10,903 nucleotides of DNA from Gemmatimonadaceae bacterium (GTDB taxonomy: Bacteria; Gemmatimonadota; Gemmatimonadetes; Gemmatimonadales; Gemmatimonadaceae): contig JBGAJQ010000100.1 of NCBI GenBank assembly GCA_044224875.1, positions 1-10,903 of the forward strand. Reading direction: 5' to 3'. Position numbers and translations under genes: made by a program. How positions within the stretch are numbered: position 1 is the first letter of the stretch; every line of letters begins with the position of its first letter. This document shows positions 1 to 7,003 of the stretch, piece by piece. The notes beneath the pieces were generated by a model, which was given only the letters and a program-made list of their open reading frames with translations, searched no databases and had not been told where the DNA came from.

Positions 1-7
1 CCCATGT

Positions 8-1333
8 TCAGAATCCCGCGTCTGGGATGGACTCCAGTTGCTGCTTCACGTAGGCCATGAAGCGGTCCGAGTCCGCGCCGTCCACGATGCGATGGTCGAA
101 TGACAGCCCGAAATATGAACATGTACGCACGGCAATGACGTCCTCGCCGTCGGCGCCGGCGATGACCTTTGGACGCTTTTCGATCGTTCCGGTCGCCAGA
201 ATCGCCACCGTCGGTTGTGGAATGACTGGCGTACCCCACTGCGAACCGAAGACCCCAGGGTTCGTAATCGTGAACGTGGCGTCCTGCACCTCTTCTGGTT
301 TGAGCTTCTTGGTGCGCGCGCGATTCGCCAAGTCATTCAGTGACCGGGTGAGGCCCGCCAGTGAGAGGTTGTCCGCATTCTTGATTACGGGAACGATCAA
401 TCCCCAGTCGACCGCGACCGCGATGCCGATGTTGTACGTCTTCCGGTAGACGATCTCGTTGCCGCGGACTGCGGCGTTGATCATCGGGAATTTCTGCAGC
501 CCGCGAATGACCGCCTGAATGACGAACGGCAGGACCGTCAGCTTTTCGCCACGCGATTCGTATTCCGGTCGCATCGCATTGCGCACGCGCGTCACTCTCG
601 TCAGGTCAATCTCAAACACCGACGTGACGTGTGCCGACGTATGCTTGGAGTAGACCATGTGCTCTGCCGTGATCCGACGGATCTTGCTCATCGGCTCGAC
701 CACGTCGCCTGGCCACGGTGTCACCGCGGGGACCTGATACTCACCGGTCTGCGGCACGTACATGGACGAGCGTGGCGCAGCCGATGCCACGGCCCGCTCC
801 ACCCCGCCGCCCTCGATGAAGCCGAGGATGTCACGTTTGGTCACGCGGCCCGCGATCCCCGTGCCAGCGAGCGCCGTCAGCTCAATGCCATGCTCGGCAG
901 CGATCTTCCGGACGAGGGGGGACGACTTCGTTCGGATGCGCTCCTCGAACGATCCGCCGTCCGCGAAAGCCGGCGCGACCGGCGCGGCGGCGGGCGAGGC
1001 CGGCGCTCGTACGGGGGCCGGGACGTGCGCGGGTGCCGCAACCGGCGCGACCGTTGGTGCTGACGGGGCCGGCGCTGACGCGGCGGCCGCCGCGTCCGTC
1101 TCGATGCGAGCCACCAGCGCCTGGACCGGCACGGTCTGGCCCTCAGTGACGAGCACTTCGACCAGGATCCCGGAACTTGGCGCCGGTATCTCGGCGTCCA
1201 CCTTGTCCGTCGAAATCTCGAAAATCGGTTCGTCGCGCTTCACGGTGTCCCCGACTTTCTTCAGCCACTTGGACAACGTGCCTTCAGCGATCGATTCGCC
1301 CATCTGGGGCATCACAACGTCAATACGTGCCAA
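8..1333 (-). CDS. 2-oxoacid dehydrogenase complex E2 (dihydrolipoamide acyltransferase, SucB/DlaT/BkdB-like)
   Basis: 441 aa. One lipoyl domain (VVMPQMGESIAEGT...FEISTDKVD, lipoyl Lys44), Ala/Pro linker, E3-binding domain (SPLVRKIAAEHGI...GTGIAGRVTKRDI) and catalytic DHRIVDG. TTG start preceded by GAGGA, which overlaps the upstream TGA. Acyl specificity cannot be resolved from sequence alone. Confidence 0.95.
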   Translation of the reverse strand: MARIDVVMPQMGESIAEGTLSKWLKKVGDTVKRDEPIFEISTDKVDAEIPAPSSGILVEVLVTEGQTVPVQALVARIETDAAAAASAPAPSAPTVAPVAAPAHVPAPVRAPASPAAAPVAPAFADGGSFEERIRTKSSPLVRKIAAEHGIELTALAGTGIAGRVTKRDILGFIEGGGVERAVASAAPRSSMYVPQTGEYQVPAVTPWPGDVVEPMSKIRRITAEHMVYSKHTSAHVTSVFEIDLTRVTRVRNAMRPEYESRGEKLTVLPFVIQAVIRGLQKFPMINAAVRGNEIVYRKTYNIGIAVAVDWGLIVPVIKNADNLSLAGLTRSLNDLANRARTKKLKPEEVQDATFTITNPGVFGSQWGTPVIPQPTVAILATGTIEKRPKVIAGADGEDVIAVRTCSYFGLSFDHRIVDGADSDRFMAYVKQQLESIPDAGF

Positions 1334-1342
1334 CGGACATCC

Positions 1343-1633
1343 TCACTGAGTAGAGCGGACGGCGCGCTGTCCGTGCCGCAGTCGCCACAAAACCAACGTT
1401 GGAAGGGAGACCATGCCGATGATCCCTCCTACCAAGGCAAACCACCACCAATCGCATGCCGGCAGGCCTTCCAGTGGAACGCATTTCCGCACTGTCCCTA
1501 CAAACTTCGCTATCAGCACGCCGATCATCGCCCCGCTCGGGGCACCAATGAATGTCGTGAAGCAGCCTACGCCCAAGGTTCGGGCCCGTGCCAGGTCCTG
1601 CTCGTCCGACGGCCCCCGCAACGTCTCTGTCAC
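1343..1633 (-). CDS. small hypothetical membrane protein (2 predicted TM helices)
   Basis: 96 aa, GTG start. Hydrophobic segments FTTFIGAPSGAMIGVLIA and WWWFALVGGIIGMVSLPTLVLW, basic C-terminal tail. Fits the gap between co-oriented genes, and its stop overlaps the E2 RBS. Confidence 0.75.
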   Translation of the reverse strand: MTETLRGPSDEQDLARARTLGVGCFTTFIGAPSGAMIGVLIAKFVGTVRKCVPLEGLPACDWWWFALVGGIIGMVSLPTLVLWRLRHGQRAVRSTQ

Positions 1634-1670
1634 GTCGTACCTGCCGTGCCCCGGACCGCCGACGTGATCA

Positions 1671-1982
1671 CTAGTACGAAGCCTCGAGCGTGCGACGAGG
1701 CTCTTCGACGTTCTTCAGGTCGACGAAGAAGCGCTTAACGTTCCGATCGAGGCGGCTTTCTCCCATCTGGTCCGTTTCCACTTCCACGAACGTGTAATGC
1801 CCTCCCTCGGGCCTAGCCGTCAGGCGCATCGTCGCCACGCTCTCTGGTGTTCCGACCACCCCTTGGAACGTGCGGGCACGAGCCCCAGACTGTAACGTCC
1901 GCAAGCCTAACGCCTGAAAAAACGCATCGGCCCTGGCCATGACATCGGCTGGTCCTACGTGCGTTCGGAAGAAGTGTCGCAT
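1671..1982 (-). CDS. hypothetical protein (soluble, alpha/beta pattern)
   Basis: 103 aa ATG ORF starting 9 nt after the upstream stop, co-oriented, with ordinary globular composition. No family recognised. Confidence 0.8.
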   Translation of the reverse strand: MRHFFRTHVGPADVMARADAFFQALGLRTLQSGARARTFQGVVGTPESVATMRLTARPEGGHYTFVEVETDQMGESRLDRNVKRFFVDLKNVEEPRRTLEASY

Positions 1983-1991
1983 GGTGCGTGG

Positions 1992-2411
1992 TTAGTTGGT
2001 GTCCTTGGCCGGGAAGACTTCCTGCATCCAGTCCATGCGTTGCAGCACGCGCGTGGAGTCCTTCCGGAACTGGATGGCGACTGCCCACTCGCCGGCAGTG
2101 ATGAATCGGAGATTGGCGTAGTAGGTGCCTAACTGCTCGCCTTGCACCAATGAGTCCCACGTGCTGGCTCCATCCCGACTGCTCGCGAAGATCCGGCCTT
2201 CCCCGCCTTCCACCGGCGCCCCCGTCTTTGAGTCGCGCACCTGGATCTGGTAGCGAATCTTCTCCCGCGCAATCGGCGGGACAGGATCGGACATGATTCG
2301 GAACGCCATGTCCTCGGACCAAAGGCGAATCGAGAGGTCCTGTTGCGTGGGGCCGCAGGCAAGCAGCGCGGCCAGAGCGCCTAGGCGAACCATCGCCAGG
2401 AGTCGCGTCAT
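1992..2411 (-). CDS. YtkA/FixH-like Ig-fold lipoprotein
   Basis: 139 aa. Signal peptide with lipobox LLAC (Cys19). Patterns IQVRDSKTGAPVEG and GTYYANLRFITAGEWAVAIQF are typical of YtkA/FixH-like domains. ATG overlaps the ino1 stop (ATGA). Confidence 0.7.
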   Translation of the reverse strand: MTRLLAMVRLGALAALLACGPTQQDLSIRLWSEDMAFRIMSDPVPPIAREKIRYQIQVRDSKTGAPVEGGEGRIFASSRDGASTWDSLVQGEQLGTYYANLRFITAGEWAVAIQFRKDSTRVLQRMDWMQEVFPAKDTN

Positions 2412-3742
2412 GTCTGGTAGTACTCCAGCCCGAGATGCGTGATCTGCTCCTCGCCCATCAGGTGGCGCAGGGTGTTCTTCAGTTTCGTCTGTTGAATGAA
2501 CAGGTCATGTTCGGGCTGAAGTCCCGGAGCGGCCATCGGGCTCTTGTAGTAGAACGACAGCCACTCCTGAATGCCCTTCATGCCAGCGCGTTGTGCGAAG
2601 TCGGAAAACAGCGCCAGGTCCAACACCAACGGGGCGGCCAGGATCGAGTCGCGGCAGAGGAAGTTCACCTTGATCTGCATGGGGTACCCCATCCAGCCCA
2701 CGATGTCGATGTTGTCCCACCCTTCCTTGTTGTCGCCTCGTGGCGGGTAGTAGTTGATGCGTACGACGTGAGAGAAATTCTCGTAGAGTTGCGGGTACTT
2801 GTCCGGCTGCAAGATGGTATGCAGCACCGAGAGCTTCGACTCCTCCTTCGTCTTGAACGACGCGGGATCATCGAGAACCTCCCCGTCGCGGTTGCCGAGG
2901 ATGTTGGTCGAATACCACCCCGCCAGCCCCAACATGCGCGCCTTCAGTCCCGGAGCGATCACCGTCTTCATCCAGGTTTGCCCGGTCTTGAAGTCCTTCC
3001 CGGAGATCGGCACACCACGATCGTTCGCCAGCTGCTGCAACGCCGGCGTATCAACCGCCAGGTTTGGCGCGCCATTGCAATATGGGACGCCTTCCATGAT
3101 CGCCGCCCACGCATAGAGCATCGATGGGGCGATTGCGTCGTCGTTGCGTTCCATCGCTTTCTCGAACTGCTCGATCGTCGCGTGCTGTGGGCCCGGTCGG
3201 ATAAAGATCTCCGTCGACGCGCACCATACCATGACCACGCGATCCAGGCCACTGCGCGCCTTGAAGTCACGGATGTCCTGCCGGAGCTGTTCGGCGAGGT
3301 CCCGCTTCGTCTTTCCGGTCTTCACGTTGGTGCCGGAAATTCGGGTCACGTACTTCGTATCGAACACCGCTGACATCGGCTTGATCGACTTCAGGAAGTC
3401 AGCGATCGGCTCGAGGTGCTTGTCCTCCAACACACCGGCCTTCTTCGCCGCGACGTAGGCGTCATCCGGAATCGGGTCCCACGCGCCGAATACCAGGTCC
3501 TTCATGTCGGCGAGCGGAACGAAGTCCTTGATGAGCGGCGATCGATTGTCCGTCCGTTTCCCGAGCCGAATCGTCGCCATTTGCGTCAACGACCCTATCG
3601 GCGCCGTGTAGCCGCGGCGAATGCTCTCGACGCCGGCCATGAAGGTCGTTGCGACGGCCCCGAGGCCCGGCGTGAGAATGCCCAGCTTACCGGAAGCGGG
3701 ACGAACAGCGGAACGAGTCGCGGTAGCCGACGAACCCTGCAC
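2408..3742 (-). CDS. ino1: myo-inositol-1(3)-phosphate synthase
   Basis: 444 aa. Rossmann GLGAVATT and MIPS motifs VWCASTE, NGAPN, GKDFKTGQT, STNILGNRDG, GDNKE, CRDSILAAPLVLDL, SFYYKSP. GTG start with AGGAG RBS. Confidence 0.97.
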   Translation of the reverse strand: MQGSSATATRSAVRPASGKLGILTPGLGAVATTFMAGVESIRRGYTAPIGSLTQMATIRLGKRTDNRSPLIKDFVPLADMKDLVFGAWDPIPDDAYVAAKKAGVLEDKHLEPIADFLKSIKPMSAVFDTKYVTRISGTNVKTGKTKRDLAEQLRQDIRDFKARSGLDRVVMVWCASTEIFIRPGPQHATIEQFEKAMERNDDAIAPSMLYAWAAIMEGVPYCNGAPNLAVDTPALQQLANDRGVPISGKDFKTGQTWMKTVIAPGLKARMLGLAGWYSTNILGNRDGEVLDDPASFKTKEESKLSVLHTILQPDKYPQLYENFSHVVRINYYPPRGDNKEGWDNIDIVGWMGYPMQIKVNFLCRDSILAAPLVLDLALFSDFAQRAGMKGIQEWLSFYYKSPMAAPGLQPEHDLFIQQTKLKNTLRHLMGEEQITHLGLEYYQT

Positions 3743-3775
3743 GTAGAAGTCTCCTGAATGATGTGGAAAGCGAAT

Positions 3776-4504
3776 TCAGCGGATCGCGTCAACCGGCTCC
3801 GCAGCGGCCGCGGACGGGATGCGCCCAGAGGACGCGCGCGAGATATCCGCGTCGTCGGCTGTCGGTGGAGATGCCGGCGTCGTAGCACGGTACACAAAGA
3901 CGATACGCTGGACGGCAGTGATCCATGCCGTCACCGAAAGCAGGATGCAAATGAAAATCAGCACCCACCCGTGCAGGGCGAGGCCGAAAAAAGCTTGCGG
4001 CGCGGAGAGGAGCGTGACGCGCTCCGGTCGCTGCAACATTCCGACCTTGGCGTCGATGCCTAACGCCTCGGCGCGTGCGCGCGTGTAGGAGGTGAGAAAG
4101 GTGGCGATAATTCCGAACATCAGGACGCCAACCATGGGCATCGCTGTCCAGTCGGGCACCTCGTGATGCTTCCAATTGCGCGCGAAGAAAATCAGCAGGC
4201 CACCCAACACTGCGCCGTCGGCTACCCGGTCCAGGGTGGAATCGTAGAACGCCCCGAACACGGTCGAGCGATTGGTGCGACGGGCCACCGTGCCGTCGAG
4301 CACGTCAAACAGCGCCGTGAGGCCTAGGGTCCAGCCCGCCAAGGAAATGTGCCCGGTGGCGTAGATCGCCCCCGCCGTGATGCTGCAGAGCGTGCCAACC
4401 GTCGTAATCGTGTTTGGGTTCACCCGACGGCGCACCATCCAGTCGGCGACCGGCTCGATGACGCGCAAATACCCGCGCTGGATTGCTTCCCAGAGGGCTT
4501 TCAT
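3776..4504 (-). CDS. pgsA: CDP-alcohol phosphatidyltransferase, probable phosphatidylinositol-phosphate synthase
   Basis: 242 aa, multi-TM. Signature DVLDGTVARRTNRSTVFGAFYDSTLD (DxxDGxxAR...GxxxDxxxD). PNTIT, SYTRARAE, QRPER and C-terminal VQR segments resemble actinobacterial/archaeal PIP/AIP synthases. Directly upstream of ino1. Confidence 0.9.
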   Translation of the reverse strand: MKALWEAIQRGYLRVIEPVADWMVRRRVNPNTITTVGTLCSITAGAIYATGHISLAGWTLGLTALFDVLDGTVARRTNRSTVFGAFYDSTLDRVADGAVLGGLLIFFARNWKHHEVPDWTAMPMVGVLMFGIIATFLTSYTRARAEALGIDAKVGMLQRPERVTLLSAPQAFFGLALHGWVLIFICILLSVTAWITAVQRIVFVYRATTPASPPTADDADISRASSGRIPSAAAAEPVDAIR

Positions 4505-4593
4505 GCCGGAGTGGACGGGTGTGGCAACGTATGTCGGAAGGGAGACGGCGGTTGGGACTTAGTTCGCCCCTATCAAGATGCAGCAACCCGATG

Positions 4594-4622
4594 AAATTAC
4601 GTCGCTTAACCGCTCCTCACAA
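4594..4622 (-). promoter_or_regulatory. putative sigma70-type promoter for the pgsA-ino1 operon
   Basis: Minus strand reads TTGTGA-N17-TAATTT (4622-4617 and 4599-4594) in an AT-richer intergenic patch, about 90 nt upstream of the pgsA ATG. Confidence 0.5.
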
Positions 4623-4630
4623 CCCTCGGT

Positions 4631-4963
4631 TCACGGGACCTTCCAGCTGTTGGACGACTGCAAAGTCACCCCGTCCTTGGTGTACGTCTTTGTCCCATCG
4701 GACGTGGTCGCCTTCAACCGGACCATGGCCCCGACCGAGAGTCCACGCACCGGGAGTTCCGTCGTCGCGTTGGCCCCAACCTGATCAAGCAGTTGATCGG
4801 ATCCGCCGGTCACGACGTATACGTTGACCGACTGGGTGAGCGTATTCGTGACGGTCAGGGTCACCGTGGCCACCGACGCCGGCGCGCTTTCCACCTTCAC
4901 CGTCCGAGCGCTACAGCCCGCTGACGCCAACAACAATACCGAGATCGCTAACAGAGATCGCAT
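4631..4963 (-). CDS. small beta-rich lipoprotein, unknown function
   Basis: 110 aa. Signal MRSLLAISVLLLASAGC (lipobox SAGC, Cys17), GGAG RBS, Thr/Val-rich alternating beta-strand pattern. Confidence 0.85.
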   Translation of the reverse strand: MRSLLAISVLLLASAGCSARTVKVESAPASVATVTLTVTNTLTQSVNVYVVTGGSDQLLDQVGANATTELPVRGLSVGAMVRLKATTSDGTKTYTKDGVTLQSSNSWKVP

Positions 4964-5123
4964 ATGCGTGCTCCAGGTCGTGAGTCATCGAGTAATGGAT
5001 CGCCTCGCCGGTACCCCTCCGCCGCCGTTTTGCTCGTTCATGGGCGACTGCTTGGCTCGTCCTTCCTCTTGGTGAGTACCTTCACACTTGCCAGAGGATA
5101 GCTCCCTTCGTCACCCTACGCCA

Positions 5124-6356
5124 ATGCGCCACCGCACATTGCACTTTCCGTCTCGCGCGTTAGCCTGGGCAGCCGTGTCGCTCGGGTTGTTAGGCACCGT
5201 CGCCCCGCGAACCTTCGCACAGAACAGCGGTGAGGGTGCTTTGTCTCCCTTGGACGCAAGCGTCGCCCGCCGAATGAACGTGAAGCGCCTGTCGGACACC
5301 CTGCAGTTGATCCTCCGCTCAGGCGTGCGCGATTCGGCGTTTCCCGGCGCTATTGCGGTCGTGGGCACGCGCGACGGCGTCCTCGCCCGCGCTACAGCGG
5401 GACACATGGACTGGGCGGCCTCACCGGCGCCTTCTGGCAGGACCCTTTGGGACCTGGCGTCCCTCACAAAGGTCGTGGCACTGACGAGCGCGATGTTGCA
5501 GCTCGTGGATCAGGGACGCGTCGCCCTCGACGCCCCGGTGCAGCGGTACCTCCCGGGCTTCGCCGGAAAGTGGAAGGACCAGGTGACCGTGCGTCACCTG
5601 TTGACGCACTCCGCCGGTCTTCCGGCGTGGAGGCCCCTGTACAAGGAGGCAGCCACCGCGAAGGAGGCGATGGCTCTCGTGTATGCGACGCCGCTGGACA
5701 CCCTCCCGGGCGTCCGTATGGTCTACTCCGACCTCGGCGCTATCCTGTTGGGAGAAATCGTTCGCGTTGTGACTGGAGACTCGCTCGACACGTACACGAC
5801 GAGCCATGTCTTCCAGCCACTGCGCATGCGGGATACCCAGTTTCGTCCACCCACGTCGTTGCGCTCGCGGATTGCCCCCACCGAAGTCGATCCGTGGCGC
5901 CAGCGGCATTTGCGCGGCGAAGTCCACGACGAGAATGCCTTCGCGTTAGGCGGCGTCTCGGCCCATGCCGGACTCTTCTCCACGGCGGACGATCTCGTGC
6001 GCCTTGCACGAGCCTACCTCAATGGCGGTGTCCTCGACGGCCAACGGGTGTTTTCTGACAGCGTCATCCGGTTGTTCACGAGCGTGCAGAACGCGGTCCA
6101 ATCCAACCGGGCCCTCGGTTGGGAAACCCCAACCGGGGGCAATTCGGCGGGCCATGCGCTCTCCGCCCGCGCGTTTGGGCACACCGGTTTCACGGGGACC
6201 TCAATCTGGATTGATCCGGACAACAACCTGTTCATCCTGTTATTGAGCAACCGGGTAAACCCAACGCGCGAGCACCGCGCCATCAGCGGTGTTCGAATCG
6301 CCATTGCCGACGCGGCGATGGCGATCGTGGGCTCGGCAGCCCGGCCCAGCCCCTAG
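5124..6356 (+). CDS. secreted serine hydrolase, beta-lactamase/PBP class C-like family (AmiE-like)
   Basis: SxxK motif LASLTK, LLTHSAGL, YSDLG, RGEVHDENA...GGVSAHAGLFS, GHTGFTGTSIWIDP, NRV. Sec signal ending TFA/Q. ATG at 5124 preferred over the upstream in-frame TTG at 5088, but the start is uncertain. Confidence 0.9.
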   Translation: MRHRTLHFPSRALAWAAVSLGLLGTVAPRTFAQNSGEGALSPLDASVARRMNVKRLSDTLQLILRSGVRDSAFPGAIAVVGTRDGVLARATAGHMDWAASPAPSGRTLWDLASLTKVVALTSAMLQLVDQGRVALDAPVQRYLPGFAGKWKDQVTVRHLLTHSAGLPAWRPLYKEAATAKEAMALVYATPLDTLPGVRMVYSDLGAILLGEIVRVVTGDSLDTYTTSHVFQPLRMRDTQFRPPTSLRSRIAPTEVDPWRQRHLRGEVHDENAFALGGVSAHAGLFSTADDLVRLARAYLNGGVLDGQRVFSDSVIRLFTSVQNAVQSNRALGWETPTGGNSAGHALSARAFGHTGFTGTSIWIDPDNNLFILLLSNRVNPTREHRAISGVRIAIADAAMAIVGSAARPSP

Positions 6357-6453
6357 GAGGTATTGGCGGCGGAATCCCGCGGATGTGGGGCGCCGACCCG
6401 GCCGGTTCCCAAAGTGTCCCGGGGTTGCCCCGTCTGCCTCAGGAGCCTCTTTC

Positions 6454-6482
6454 TTGAAGGGCCCCGGGGCAGTGACTATTTT
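6454..6482 (+). promoter_or_regulatory. putative sigma70-type promoter of iscA/erpA
   Basis: TTGAAG (6454-6459)-N17-TATTTT (6477-6482), 45 nt upstream of the GTG start. Strong RBS GAGGAGGAG at 6515-6523. Confidence 0.55.
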
Positions 6483-6527
6483 GGGAGTAGACTAGTCGCC
6501 ATTCGCGACACATTGAGGAGGAGTCCT

Positions 6528-6884
6528 GTGAGTACCGTTCAGCAACCGGAAGTCATCGTCACGGTCACCGCTGGCGCCGCCGTTGAGGTCAAGAAGTTCA
6601 TGGAAGCGGAAGGCGTTCCTGCCGAGGTTGGTGGCCTTCGCGTGAGTGTGCAGCCTGGAGGGTGTTCTGGATTCAAGTACGGTCTTCTGATCGAGGACCA
6701 GCCCGCCGATGACGACCTCATCGTCCAGTCAGAAGGATTCCGGCTGTTTGTCGATCCATTTTCCGCGCAATACGTGAACAACGTGACGATCGACTACGTG
6801 TCGTCCATGCAGGGATCGGGCTTTACGTTCAAGAATCCCAACGCCACGGGCGGCTGCGGCTGCGGCTCGTCGTTCTCCGCCTGA
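6528..6884 (+). CDS. iscA: A-type iron-sulfur cluster carrier/insertion protein (IscA/ErpA/HesB family)
   Basis: 118 aa from GTG 6528 (RBS GAGGAGGAG). Motifs LRVSVQPGGCSGFKY, IDYV...GFTFKNPNA and C-terminal GCGCGSSF give the three conserved Cys. The iscA versus erpA assignment is uncertain. Confidence 0.95.
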   Translation: MSTVQQPEVIVTVTAGAAVEVKKFMEAEGVPAEVGGLRVSVQPGGCSGFKYGLLIEDQPADDDLIVQSEGFRLFVDPFSAQYVNNVTIDYVSSMQGSGFTFKNPNATGGCGCGSSFSA

Positions 6885-6936
6885 TTCGATGACGCGCGCG
6901 GCTTCTGGCGACGTTCCAGCCGCCAGCGCCGTCGGC

Positions 6937-6980
6937 ATGAAGGCCCGCGACACCTCCGGTGGTCGCGGGCCTTCATCGTT
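6937..6980 (+). terminator. perfect 15-bp inverted repeat, probable intrinsic terminator or RNA-stabilising hairpin after iscA
   Basis: ATGAAGGCCCGCGAC (6937-6951) / GTCGCGGGCCTTCAT (6962-6976), 10-nt spacer. Only a weak U-tract (CTTCATCGTT). Confidence 0.6.
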
Positions 6981-7003
6981 GCAGCTTCCGGGTGCTGTCG
7001 CCC

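Noticed and set aside
1..5. Start of a further minus-strand gene (ATG GG) right after the E2 stop
   Set aside because: Only 5 nt are visible, too little to call as a feature.
968..1093. Low-complexity GC-rich quasi-repeats
   Set aside because: Encodes the ordinary Ala/Pro linker of E2; not a DNA repeat element.
2435..3373. 312-aa plus-strand ORF antisense to ino1
   Set aside because: Shadow ORF expected from GC-rich codon bias on the opposite strand; no recognisable motifs.
4305..4586. 93-aa minus-strand TTG ORF starting near the predicted pgsA TSS (possible leader peptide)
   Set aside because: TTG start with no SD, out-of-frame overlap deep into pgsA, and non-protein-like composition.
5052..5082. 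Possible hydrolase promoter TTGGCT-N19-TACCTT
   Set aside because: Spacer too long and both boxes weak; not supportable.
5124..6356. Antibiotic-resistance beta-lactamase
   Set aside because: It has YSD and GHTG in place of the AmpC YxN and KTG motifs, and the context points to a cell-wall or esterase-type hydrolase.
6363..6527. 55-aa N-terminal extension of IscA containing CPVC, as given in the ORF track
   Set aside because: A strong RBS precedes GTG 6528, a promoter candidate lies within the supposed extension, and family length fits about 118 aa.
6885..7003. glmS ribozyme or other known riboswitch upstream of an amino-sugar gene
   Set aside because: I do not see the conserved core of any family I know, and the downstream gene is nagB rather than glmS; kept only as an unexplained structured spacer.
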